Notes: a model not told the origin generated them from the letters alone. Positions 1 to 8,560 are shown, numbered from the stretch's first letter. The stretch: 32,000 nt of DNA from Nonlabens ponticola (GCF_003966335.1 NZ_CP034549.1:1680001-1712000); one strand, 5' to 3'. A program made the numbers and translations.

Positions 1-405
1 TCCTTGTTTGCTTGACTTATTAATATTTGAAACATAATCTCCGTAAAATGGAAAGTAACATTTGCGCCATAGTCTATCTTCCTCACCACTATATAATGCA
101 ATTACTTTTTTTGGCAAATACTGGCTTATATTTATTGTGCTAACATCATTAACAAAAGCAGTAGTTTTAGATTTCTTCTTTTCTATTTTGATGGTTTGCT
201 GAGCTAAGTTGGTATATTCTATAAAATAGTCAAACGAGACCGTTTCTGTTTCACGATATAGACTTCTAAAAATATAACTAAGAGCTTCTAACAAATTACT
301 TTTTCCACTCCCGTTATTACCAATTAAGGCAATGATATCTGAGCTGTGTACTAATTTGATTTCTAAATTTTTATAGCCATCAATTGCTAATTTTGTTATC
401 TTCAT
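1..405 (-). CDS. ABC/AAA-type ATPase (SMC/RecF/OLD-like N-terminus). Only the first 135 codons are present; the gene continues beyond the left edge.
   Basis: My own minus-strand translation from the ATG at 405-403 gives MKITKLAIDGYKNLEIKLVHSSDIIALIGNNGSGKSNLLEALSYIFRSLYRETET..., with Walker A GNNGSGKS. The frame stays open to nt 1 (405 nt = 135 codons). The ATG overlaps the TGA of the upstream S-subunit gene (ATGA at 402-405). It is absent from the supplied ORF track because there is no stop codon in the window. Confidence 0.7.
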   Translation of the reverse strand, partial: MKITKLAIDGYKNLEIKLVHSSDIIALIGNNGSGKSNLLEALSYIFRSLYRETETVSFDYFIEYTNLAQQTIKIEKKKSKTTAFVNDVSTINISQYLPKKVIALYSGEEDRLWRKCYFPFYGDYVSNINKSSKQG

Positions 406-1763
406 TTCTGGCTAAATATTTCTTGTTCAAATTTCACTAATGCATCTTTCCTATTGTTTAATGCATTCACTTTTAAAATTTCAATACGTTGGTATATGCT
501 TTGTAGCTTGTTAGCTATTGTATTTTGCAGTTGGATGGATGGTAGAGGAAAAATGATCTTTTTTAGATTGGTAATCCCTAACTCAGTTTGCTTAGTTGAT
601 TGTGCGGATTTAATGCTTTCTACTTGATATTGACCATACTTGCTATTAAATAAATAAGTAAAGAATAAGGGATTTACTTTTGTTTTATCTAATCTCAATA
701 ATAACAAATGACTATCGTACAAAAGATCTTCATTTTCAAAAGTAATTATTGATGCACGACCGATAGTTCCATCACCGGTAGAGTTAATTAATACATCTCC
801 TTCTCTTGTAAAGAACTTTTTGTCAATTTTGTTATACCATTTGTCATTTACTGTTTTTACGTAGCTAAGATCTAATGCATTCCATCTATTACATTTTTGA
901 TTGAGAATAGTGCTATTACCTTCACTATCATATTTTGGACTTTTACCTCTAAATGCATCGTTGAATAATTCTGGTGAAATTGATAAAGAAGTTGTTTTAT
1001 AAATATTAGACTGAAATCTTGAATTATCAATATTATATCCCCATTCGGCTATCTCTGTGTAAGACACAAAGGACAAACCTACCTTTGAAACTTTATTATC
1101 AATTTTATCTAATCCTAAATCTTTAAATAGTATTTTTTCTATTTCATTTTCTAATTGCGTTATTTCATTTTCCTGATTTTCAGCAATATCAAAATGATAA
1201 TTATAATTGTCAATTATTCTCTTTTGCTCATTTATAGATGGTAAGGGTATTTTTATTTCATTGAGTAGTTGATCAGGTTTAATATATTTTCTATTTGTAG
1301 AGCCTGTTACAAATCCGTCCATATATTGATTTACCATTGGACTTTTGAATAGAAGTTGAACATAATCTATTAATACTTTAGATTTGTCTATGGTTGCAAA
1401 AGTCATATTAGAAGATGCTATACCCTTTTCAAAACGATCATCGATTATTCCAAAAGCACCATTTTTAGTGTCCACTTTACACCAAAATAAATGATCTTTA
1501 GGGGCAATTTGATAGGTTCGCATTTTTAAAGTATTGCCTTTTACAGTTCTATTGATAAATGTCCCCTTGCCATATGATCGAACACCTAAAATTCTGTATT
1601 CTTTGTGGTCAATAATTTTGGTTTTTTCAATAATTGGTTTACTCAAAAACTCACCAAATAAAACTAATGGCAATTTTTCTTTGAAAATATTTTGTAGTCT
1701 GAAATGATTTTTCACATCCCAAATTGCAAGTTCTGTATATTCTATAATTGTCAATTCTGCCAT
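402..1763 (-). CDS. hsdS: Restriction-modification specificity (S) subunit, HsdS-like, with two target recognition domains
   Basis: 453 aa. Two variable halves are separated by the conserved central helix region (IKIPLPSINEQKRIIDNYN...ENEITQLENEIEKIL). A matching C-terminal conserved region follows (IFPLPSIQLQNTIANKLQSIYQRIEILKVNA). The start lies 2 nt after the methyltransferase stop. Confidence 0.85.
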   Translation of the reverse strand: MAELTIIEYTELAIWDVKNHFRLQNIFKEKLPLVLFGEFLSKPIIEKTKIIDHKEYRILGVRSYGKGTFINRTVKGNTLKMRTYQIAPKDHLFWCKVDTKNGAFGIIDDRFEKGIASSNMTFATIDKSKVLIDYVQLLFKSPMVNQYMDGFVTGSTNRKYIKPDQLLNEIKIPLPSINEQKRIIDNYNYHFDIAENQENEITQLENEIEKILFKDLGLDKIDNKVSKVGLSFVSYTEIAEWGYNIDNSRFQSNIYKTTSLSISPELFNDAFRGKSPKYDSEGNSTILNQKCNRWNALDLSYVKTVNDKWYNKIDKKFFTREGDVLINSTGDGTIGRASIITFENEDLLYDSHLLLLRLDKTKVNPLFFTYLFNSKYGQYQVESIKSAQSTKQTELGITNLKKIIFPLPSIQLQNTIANKLQSIYQRIEILKVNALNNRKDALVKFEQEIFSQK

Positions 1764-1765
1764 AA

Positions 1766-4042
1766 TTATTTATAAAACAATTCTGGTTCTCTTGCTTCAC
1801 TATTTTCAGATATAGGAATACGATACATTTTATTGTCTTCTACAATTTCATATTCCACCTTATTAATTATATTCCTCCAGAGCTTGTTTGAAATGCGATA
1901 CTCTGTAAAGTCTTTGGCCAGTGGTACTAACTCATTTTCAATTTTTGCACCTGTTGTGCTTATTCCTGCTTTTTCTACTTCAGCTATTGGAATCTCATAA
2001 TTAAAGTCTTCTTTAATTCGAGCTTTAATTTCTAAAGCTATTTGTTGCGTTAGCGTTTTTAGTTCTTGTCGCAATAGTTTCTTTTCATCTGCAGGAAGTG
2101 ATTCCTTTCCTCTCAATGCTAATTTAGATTTGATAGGCGCAACTTGTGGTTGGTACTTAGCTTCAATATCTTTCTTAGCCTTCATCGCAATCTTTTTATA
2201 TGATTTTGATTCTTCCTCTGTAAATTTCTTTAAGAATAGTAAGCTTGTAGTAACCGTAGCACCAGATGCAATAAACACATCTTGAGGAATAGAGGTTATG
2301 AGTAAAATTTTTGCTTTACTTTCAACAAAATCTCTGATTTTTTGAAGGTTAGAGTTGTTTAAGACGCCTTCTGGCAATACAACACCTATTCTACCTCCTG
2401 GTTTAAGTAAGTTCAAGCAACGTTCTAAAAAGAGTACTTCAGTAAGCGTAGTCATTGCACCTGTTTTGTACAAACTCAATAATGGTTTTCCTATGTTATC
2501 ATTAATTTGCTTTAAAGCATTTTCATATTCCTTACCATATCGTTCTTTATACTTTGCGATTCTGCTTGTATCTCTATATTTATCAGCTTCAGTTATCTTT
2601 AAATTCTTTTCAACTCTTGCCCCAAAAGGTGGATTGGTAAGAATTACATCAAAGCGATTATCAAATATTCCATTTACATTTAATAACCCATCGTTATGAT
2701 GCACACCACCGTGACCATCACCGTGCATAATCATATTCATTTTTGCTGTACGACTCATACGAGGATTAGCATCTGTACCAAAAATGCAATCGTAGCTTAA
2801 TACAGTTAATCTACTCTTTGGATTAGTTATATCTAATTCTTGATTGAGTTTATTGAATAATTCATTTACAATTTCATCTACGCCTGCTTTTTTCTTTTCA
2901 GATAGCTTTTCATATTCATCCGTGTAATACAGTTTTTTTATTCTCTCTTTTTCTTGATGAATATCTTCTTCAATTTTAGCTCTTACATACTCAAAAGCTT
3001 TAATTAAAAAACCGCCAGAACCACAACAAGGATCACATATAATCTCACCTTCTTGAGGATCTAATACATCTACCATAAAATCAACTATAGTACGAGGTGT
3101 AAAGAATTGTCCTAATTCACCTCTAAATGTTCTACCTAAGAATTGCTCAAAGGCGATACCCTTAACATCATCAGATGTAGTTGAGAGATTGTACGTTTCC
3201 AGTTCTTTTACTATAGCTTCAAAGCTATTTTCACGTATTCTTATAGTTTCGTTACTATCAAATAGATCATCGTCTTTAAAATCTTCTTTTGTCCTATTGA
3301 ATAATTGTTGATAAAATGGTAGTGCGTTTTTGACTCCCATTTCTTTATTTAATAATTCCTGTCTCTTTCTATTTTCTTCAAATCTTTCTTTTGAAAATAT
3401 CTGCCCTTCATTATTATCTCTTTCGTATCTGATTTTAATAAATAGTATTTTACTTATTTCATCAAATGCAGCTTCTGGTGAGAGTTTGTCATTATTTCTA
3501 ATGATGTTATGACATTTAAAAAGTAGTTTAGAAAATTCATCTCTGGTAAATGCTTTAGTTTGTTTTAATAAAGCTTCTACCTTCTTAGTATTGTTAATAA
3601 TACTGGCATTTGGTATATCTACAACTTCGTCAAGTTCTTTAGGTAGTTTTCCTTTATTAACTCTAAATATTCTTGTCTCTTTGAGATTAGTAGTTACAAA
3701 GAAATCTGCACCTGCCCACGAAGCATAATTATAACCTTGAAAGTAATCTTCCTCACGTATGGTTATCATTTCTGCCTTACATTCAATTACAATTGCTGCG
3801 CTATTATTTTTAAGTTTATCCTCTTTAGATTTCCAGATAACTATATCTGCCATCGCTCTACCTTGACCACGTTGAGAGTTATTGACTTTAACTTCTTGAG
3901 CCATTTGCTCTGTTGAATAACCGTAATTTTCAATCAATCGCTGTATATAGAGCTGTCTTACCTTTTCTTCAGGCTTTAATACCAGCCACTTGCCTAATAG
4001 TGGTGCGTATATTTTATTGTCTTTAATTTCTATTTCTGCCAT
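1766..4042 (-). CDS. N6-adenine DNA methyltransferase (gamma class, HsdM-like) fused to an N-terminal HsdR_N / PD-(D/E)xK-like domain
   Basis: 758 aa. AdoMet motif I is ICDPCCGSGGFL and catalytic motif IV is ILTNPPFG. The N-terminal ~130 aa resemble the type I R-subunit N-terminal nuclease fold, with D66 (MADIVIW) and E87-x-K89 (AIVIECKA). The C-terminal ~150 aa are a coiled-coil-like extension. Confidence 0.85.
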   Translation of the reverse strand: MAEIEIKDNKIYAPLLGKWLVLKPEEKVRQLYIQRLIENYGYSTEQMAQEVKVNNSQRGQGRAMADIVIWKSKEDKLKNNSAAIVIECKAEMITIREEDYFQGYNYASWAGADFFVTTNLKETRIFRVNKGKLPKELDEVVDIPNASIINNTKKVEALLKQTKAFTRDEFSKLLFKCHNIIRNNDKLSPEAAFDEISKILFIKIRYERDNNEGQIFSKERFEENRKRQELLNKEMGVKNALPFYQQLFNRTKEDFKDDDLFDSNETIRIRENSFEAIVKELETYNLSTTSDDVKGIAFEQFLGRTFRGELGQFFTPRTIVDFMVDVLDPQEGEIICDPCCGSGGFLIKAFEYVRAKIEEDIHQEKERIKKLYYTDEYEKLSEKKKAGVDEIVNELFNKLNQELDITNPKSRLTVLSYDCIFGTDANPRMSRTAKMNMIMHGDGHGGVHHNDGLLNVNGIFDNRFDVILTNPPFGARVEKNLKITEADKYRDTSRIAKYKERYGKEYENALKQINDNIGKPLLSLYKTGAMTTLTEVLFLERCLNLLKPGGRIGVVLPEGVLNNSNLQKIRDFVESKAKILLITSIPQDVFIASGATVTTSLLFLKKFTEEESKSYKKIAMKAKKDIEAKYQPQVAPIKSKLALRGKESLPADEKKLLRQELKTLTQQIALEIKARIKEDFNYEIPIAEVEKAGISTTGAKIENELVPLAKDFTEYRISNKLWRNIINKVEYEIVEDNKMYRIPISENSEAREPELFYK

Positions 4043-4103
4043 CTAATTCTTAAGTAAAATTCAATTTATAAAGTTAAAAAACATACTGACTTCTTTAACA
4101 CTT

Positions 4104-4388
4104 TTAGTTGCTTTTCTTGAAAGGTCTATAGTGTAGATCAAGTAAGGTCTCAATATCACTCACTTTGTAGTAGATTTTATTTTCTATTTGTGAGTATGCA
4201 ATGATACCTTTATTACGCCAGTTTTGTGCTGTGCTGGAACTTATATTCATTAGCTGTAAAAAGTCTGCGTTATCTATAAGTTGTGCCTGTAATGTAGTCT
4301 TTTTAATAATAGCTAATTCTGCTGTTAGCTTTTCTAAGCGTTGCTCTATTGCGTTGAGTCTTTCTTTATGTGGGTGCTGTAATTCCAT
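4104..4388 (-). CDS. Small helix-turn-helix DNA-binding protein (excisionase/MerR-like HTH_17) with an N-terminal coiled coil
   Basis: 94 aa. The segment FLQLMNISSSTAQNWRNKGIIAYSQIENKIYYKVSDIETLL matches the HTH_17 pattern typical of Bacteroidota integrative elements. Confidence 0.6.
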   Translation of the reverse strand: MELQHPHKERLNAIEQRLEKLTAELAIIKKTTLQAQLIDNADFLQLMNISSSTAQNWRNKGIIAYSQIENKIYYKVSDIETLLDLHYRPFKKSN

Positions 4389-4443
4389 AGCTTATATTTT
4401 TACCCTTGTTTTAGGGTATATTACAAGTTGTAAAACTTAGTGA

Positions 4444-5337
4444 TTATAGATGGGCTTGTATTTTCGTTTTTAGTTTCTTTATGACCTGTTGATTAAAGGG
4501 ATTTTCTTCAATCGTTTTCAATAGCTTAGAATAGTTTTTACGGTCTAATACATAACTGTGTTTATGATACTTTTTCAAGCCGTTTACGACTTCTTTATCA
4601 TTCATTGCAGCCATTAGTTTTATTTCCTTAGGCTGCAAAGCAGCGTAGGGAATAATAGGTTTCTTTTTAAGCGTTGTATAGATTTCTAATAGGTTCATTA
4701 ACAAATTTGTGTAATTCTCCTTGTTCACTAAATCACGTACTGTATAGATGGGTATGGCGTCCTTCTTTCGAGCATAATAATATTTTGCTTTAGCTTCTAC
4801 CTCAAATCTGAAGTACGGCGCGTTTAATTGCTTTCTGTCATTATTCTTTACCTCATAGGTTTTGTCATAGCCCTTAATATTATAATTTGTTGCTTTATAG
4901 TGTGCTCCATATATTTTTGTGCCGTTGCGCATTACCTGAGGAAACTTACCCTTATAATCTGCCCAGCTTTCAAAAATTGGTTGCGCTACTTCTTGTATTA
5001 CGATGCCGCAGGCAACGTATTTTACAATAGCATCGTAGATGCTGAAAGGGAAGTGGTTATCTAATATTTCTATGGCGTGCTGCGCTTTCGCGAAAGCGAA
5101 CTCCTCATAGTTATTATCCATATAAAACTTATGTAATGAGTTTTTAATAATCAACTTATCGTCTTTGAGTTGCAACCAAAGATTCTTAATAACTGATTTG
5201 TAATACACGATATAACCACGATTGCTGTAATGTGGTGACCACTGTAATCCACACCATTCAAAAGGCTCTGTAGATCTTTGCACAGCCTTATGAGGCAGTT
5301 GTTGTAACTGCTTTTCTATGTGGATGGTGTCGTACAA
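4444..5337 (-). CDS. Hypothetical protein, possibly a rolling-circle replication initiator (Rep_trans / gene II-X like)
   Basis: 297 aa. The motifs NSLHKFYMDNNYEEF and IKGYDKTYEV...YFRFEVEAK recall the xSLxKxxxGxN and YDK...R-x-E patterns of Rep_trans/gpII-like initiators, from memory only. It starts 4 nt after the upstream HTH gene's stop. It contains one copy of the 14-bp palindrome. Confidence 0.4.
   Translation of the reverse strand: MYDTIHIEKQLQQLPHKAVQRSTEPFEWCGLQWSPHYSNRGYIVYYKSVIKNLWLQLKDDKLIIKNSLHKFYMDNNYEEFAFAKAQHAIEILDNHFPFSIYDAIVKYVACGIVIQEVAQPIFESWADYKGKFPQVMRNGTKIYGAHYKATNYNIKGYDKTYEVKNNDRKQLNAPYFRFEVEAKAKYYYARKKDAIPIYTVRDLVNKENYTNLLMNLLEIYTTLKKKPIIPYAALQPKEIKLMAAMNDKEVVNGLKKYHKHSYVLDRKNYSKLLKTIEENPFNQQVIKKLKTKIQAHL
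5083..5098. repeat. Copy of the GCTTTCGCGAAAGC palindrome (16-bp perfect palindrome CGCTTTCGCGAAAGCG) inside the Rep-like island gene
   Basis: Read directly. Encodes EEFAFAKAQH on the minus strand. Confidence 0.95.
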
Positions 5338-5341
5338 CTCA

Positions 5342-5635
5342 CTAACTATTTCTAATGAGGTACTCTGTAGCTTGTGCGTCTATCTCGTCCTTTGTGATCT
5401 GGCGGTTGCGCTGTAGCCACTGGTCTAATTCTGTACGGTTGAAATACAACTTCTTGCCCTGTGGGCAGAAATGTGGTATTTGCTTTTGACTGGTTAATTT
5501 GTACAGGTGTGATGCGCTTATATCTAAATAGGCGGCAGCCTCATTTAGATTTAATACGTCTTTTTTGAGCAGGTTTTGCTCTTGCAACATCGTTTCGATG
5601 TTTGCGAGTTTTTGAAGAATGATTTCTTGTTCCAT
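5342..5635 (-). CDS. Excisionase-family helix-turn-helix (HTH_17) DNA-binding protein
   Basis: 97 aa. LNLNEAAAYLDISASHLYKLTSQKQIPHFCPQGKKLYFNRTELDQWL is a classic HTH_17/AlpA-type motif. Confidence 0.75.
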   Translation of the reverse strand: MEQEIILQKLANIETMLQEQNLLKKDVLNLNEAAAYLDISASHLYKLTSQKQIPHFCPQGKKLYFNRTELDQWLQRNRQITKDEIDAQATEYLIRNS

Positions 5636-5690
5636 CGTAATGTATTTTTATGATTACGTGAACAAAGAAATTGAGATGCTTGAGCGTAGC

Positions 5691-5736
5691 AAAAACATCA
5701 ATGACCGTGTACTGACATAAGTCAGTATAGTCATTG
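5691..5736 (-). terminator. Compound hairpin immediately downstream of the 444-aa gene
   Basis: CAATGAC (5699-5705) pairs with GTCATTG (5730-5736). The inner stem is TACTGAC (5710-5716) with GTCAGTA (5721-5727). A T-run follows on the minus strand (revcomp of aaaaacatc at 5691-5699). Confidence 0.45.
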
Positions 5737-5740
5737 TTTT

Positions 5741-7075
5741 TTATTGCATTTCCTTAAATATTTTGTCTATGATTTCTTTTTCTTTTGGGTTACCAGTGTT
5801 TGCAGTACTCAAATTTGAACTGTTTAATACGGTAGTATTACTACTTAAAAATAACTTTGAATCTGACACATCAACAGATCTAAAACGAGTAAAGTAATCT
5901 TGCATTTTACTAATTATATATCTGAACTGGATATTTTCGCAATTCAAATGAACTTTTATATTTAAAATTGTAATGTCTTTAGCAAGTAATAGTTTATGAA
6001 ATTGCTCGATACTGGTATGATCTGTTTTTAATAGATTTATCCTTAATTGTAAAGATTTAAGTACTGATAATAATTTTATATCATCACCTTTAAAACCAAA
6101 GGTTTTAATAGGTTCTTTGGGCTTGCGAGCTGCTTTAGCAGGTGCAGTCTTTAATTGTGGTGCAATCTCGTTGAAATAGGCTTTCTCGTTTTCCAACCAT
6201 TTTTTGATGGTTTTTATGTATCGCTTTTCTCCTTTGGTATATTCTACGGTTAAGTCTTTTTGCTTAATTCTGTGTGACTCATTGATAAAATCAATTTTGG
6301 TCTTCTCTGCATCTGTAATGTGTCTATCTTTTACTAATTGTACCGTATCAACCGCTGATAGTAAATTATTAGTAAGATTATTTAAGTTGAGTACCAATTC
6401 TGTAGGTGTAACGATTTTAGCCTTAGTTAAGCCTAAGTATCTGTTGGTTCTCGTAGCATTCTTAATAATAGGAAACTGATTAGCGAAGTGCTTCTTAAGC
6501 TGTTCGTAAAATGGCAATTCAAATGGGAATGCTTTCAACCATTTGCTATATATACCAAAGAGTAAATTGAGATTTGTTTTCTCTTTAGCAGGTTCAGCAT
6601 TCTGTAATTCCTTAAAGTAGTTTAATAATGCTTTGCGCTTGTGGTTGGGAATATCAACATCCTTGTTTTTTAAAAACAGCTCTACTAATTCTATGTAGAT
6701 ATGTGAACCAATAGCAGGTGTTCCCATACTCCAAGCACAAAATTCAAAATACTCTGTAATGTCCTCATACCAATCGTCATTATTAATGACCTCTAAAACT
6801 TTAAAATCAGTATACTGTACCGCACTTAAAATCCATATTGGAATATTACCATAGATAGCTTCTTTATTAAAATTAAACTTTTTAAAAAATTCTCTATGAT
6901 TATCGCAGCAATTAGGAAAGCGATCTAAATAATCAGTTAATAATTTATAATTGTGTTTGTGGTTATCGCAACAATTGGGAAAATCTTCTGGTAATTCATA
7001 ACCGTCAGGTTTAGGAATTTCAAAAGGATATTGAATAAAGTCCTTAGATTCTATTTCTATAAAAGGTTTTTCCAT
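5741..7075 (-). CDS. Hypothetical protein with no recognisable family. It has a duplicated FPNCCDNH motif near the N-terminus.
   Basis: 444-aa ORF starting 4 nt after the integrase stop. FPNCCDNH is encoded twice (nt 6959-6982 and 6896-6919), 21 codons apart. Confidence 0.6.
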   Translation of the reverse strand: MEKPFIEIESKDFIQYPFEIPKPDGYELPEDFPNCCDNHKHNYKLLTDYLDRFPNCCDNHREFFKKFNFNKEAIYGNIPIWILSAVQYTDFKVLEVINNDDWYEDITEYFEFCAWSMGTPAIGSHIYIELVELFLKNKDVDIPNHKRKALLNYFKELQNAEPAKEKTNLNLLFGIYSKWLKAFPFELPFYEQLKKHFANQFPIIKNATRTNRYLGLTKAKIVTPTELVLNLNNLTNNLLSAVDTVQLVKDRHITDAEKTKIDFINESHRIKQKDLTVEYTKGEKRYIKTIKKWLENEKAYFNEIAPQLKTAPAKAARKPKEPIKTFGFKGDDIKLLSVLKSLQLRINLLKTDHTSIEQFHKLLLAKDITILNIKVHLNCENIQFRYIISKMQDYFTRFRSVDVSDSKLFLSSNTTVLNSSNLSTANTGNPKEKEIIDKIFKEMQ

Positions 7076-7079
7076 AACT

Positions 7080-8186
7080 CTATAAGTCTAATTGAATACG
7101 GTTAGCGGCTTCCATTTTCTTTTGGTCTATAACTTTTGCATAAATCTGCGTTGTCTTCAATTCTTTATGACCTAAAAGCTTTGATACCGTGTAAATATCT
7201 GTACCTAACGTTAATTGTAAGGTCGCATAGGTATGGCGAGCACAGTGAAACGTTATCGTTTTACTGATACCAGCTTTCATCATCCATTGTTGTAATTTGA
7301 GATTTGTCCAGGCACTATAATGTAACCCTTTAAACACGGTTTCATCATTTTCACCTTCTTCACCTAATAAATTTCTTGATTGCTCTGATATGTTTAGTGT
7401 TTCAGAACCTTTAGTTTTCTTCTGTCTGAATCTAATGTAGTGACCATTTTCTTTAGAATATTGCATTTCTGACCATACTAATTTTTCAATATCGCTCCAT
7501 CTTAAACCAGTAAGACAACTAAAAATGAATGCTTTTTTAAGTTCTGGAAGTTCACATTCTACCTTGACGATTGCTTGCAATTCGTCATAGGTTAGAAACT
7601 CTCTTTGCGGATCACCTTGTTTGAATCCTTTTACTTGTTCTGCTGGATTAAGTCTTAAAATACCATCCTTTACGGCTTGTTTAAGCGCAGCATTAAACTT
7701 GCCGAAGTATGAATACTTTGTATTCAAGGAAAGTTCTTTATTTGCTCTTCCTATTGCTTTTTTGTCTAAGTACTCTTTAAACTCTTCAACAAACTTTTTA
7801 TTGATTTGCTTAAAAGAAATACCCATCGGTTGGAAAGCTTTCATATGCTTAATAAGACTTAGCCAATTACCATAATTTCCCTTACTACTGCTACGTTTTT
7901 CTGCAAGTACTTCTAAATAACTTATAAAGCTACCTTTCATTTTTTCCTTATCCTGAAAGTCATATAAACCGCTCTGAATGGCAACGTGTTTTTTTGCTCT
8001 AATACTTTCTGCAAGTTCTAATGATGCTTTATTTTCATCTCGCTGAGCTTTTGTGAGCTTTCCTTGTTCTGGTTCAGGATGTAAATACAGTTTCAAATAC
8101 TCGTAACTGCGATTTCCATTTTCATAGTAATCGAGGTAAAGGCTTATCTTATTTCCTTTCTTGCGTTGTCTTAAGGTAACTTTCAT
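7080..8186 (-). CDS. int: Tyrosine site-specific recombinase / integrase (Bacteroidota type with an N-terminal arm-binding domain)
   Basis: 368 aa. Catalytic signature: LTGLRWSDI (Arg), HCARHTYAT (His-x-x-Arg) and LLGHKELKTTQIYAKV (His ... Tyr nucleophile). Confidence 0.9.
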   Translation of the reverse strand: MKVTLRQRKKGNKISLYLDYYENGNRSYEYLKLYLHPEPEQGKLTKAQRDENKASLELAESIRAKKHVAIQSGLYDFQDKEKMKGSFISYLEVLAEKRSSSKGNYGNWLSLIKHMKAFQPMGISFKQINKKFVEEFKEYLDKKAIGRANKELSLNTKYSYFGKFNAALKQAVKDGILRLNPAEQVKGFKQGDPQREFLTYDELQAIVKVECELPELKKAFIFSCLTGLRWSDIEKLVWSEMQYSKENGHYIRFRQKKTKGSETLNISEQSRNLLGEEGENDETVFKGLHYSAWTNLKLQQWMMKAGISKTITFHCARHTYATLQLTLGTDIYTVSKLLGHKELKTTQIYAKVIDQKKMEAANRIQLDL

Positions 8187-8197
8187 CTGGTACGGCT

Positions 8198-8557
8198 TTA
8201 GTTAAATAAGGATTCTATTTGGTATCGGGCAACAATATGTTTTCTGCCAAACGGGACAGCTTTAAGCTGGCCTCGCTTTATCATTCTTTGAATGGTCCAT
8301 CTACTTACTCCAATGAGTTGTGAAGCTTCCGTAATGCTTAAAAAGTCTTTTTGATTTATTGCGGTTGTGCTTGAAGGAATAGCAACCTCTGGTTGCATTT
8401 CTTCTTTTAGAGTTGCTTGAACTTTTTCAGCACGCTTGCGTGCCTTGTAAGCGTACTTAGCGCATTTGCATCCACAGTACTTGGTTACTGTAGTTCGGGC
8501 AACAAAAGCGTTACCACAATACTGGCATTTTTTAGGAATATGTAAGTTGCTGCTCAT
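8198..8557 (-). CDS. Zn-ribbon plus HTH_17 excisionase-like DNA-binding protein. The start is moved to the internal Met37 of the track ORF.
   Basis: CQYCGNAF...YCGCKC is a Cys cluster, followed by LSITEASQLIGVSRWTIQRMIKRGQLKAVPFGRKHIV (HTH_17). The 36 codons upstream (8558-8665) coincide with a phased non-coding-looking repeat array and have odd composition. The stop lies 11 nt before the integrase start. Confidence 0.6.
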   Translation of the reverse strand: MSSNLHIPKKCQYCGNAFVARTTVTKYCGCKCAKYAYKARKRAEKVQATLKEEMQPEVAIPSSTTAINQKDFLSITEASQLIGVSRWTIQRMIKRGQLKAVPFGRKHIVARYQIESLFN

Positions 8558-8560
8558 AAA

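Noticed and set aside
2355-7875. Plus-strand track ORFs inside the island: 2355..2699, 3330..3512, 4201..4440, 4828..5064, 6204..6479, 7621..7875
   Set aside because: Each lies wholly antisense to a longer minus-strand gene with clear motifs or operon context. Their translations are low-complexity Leu/Ser/Phe/Ile-rich, as expected for the reverse strand of AT-rich coding DNA.
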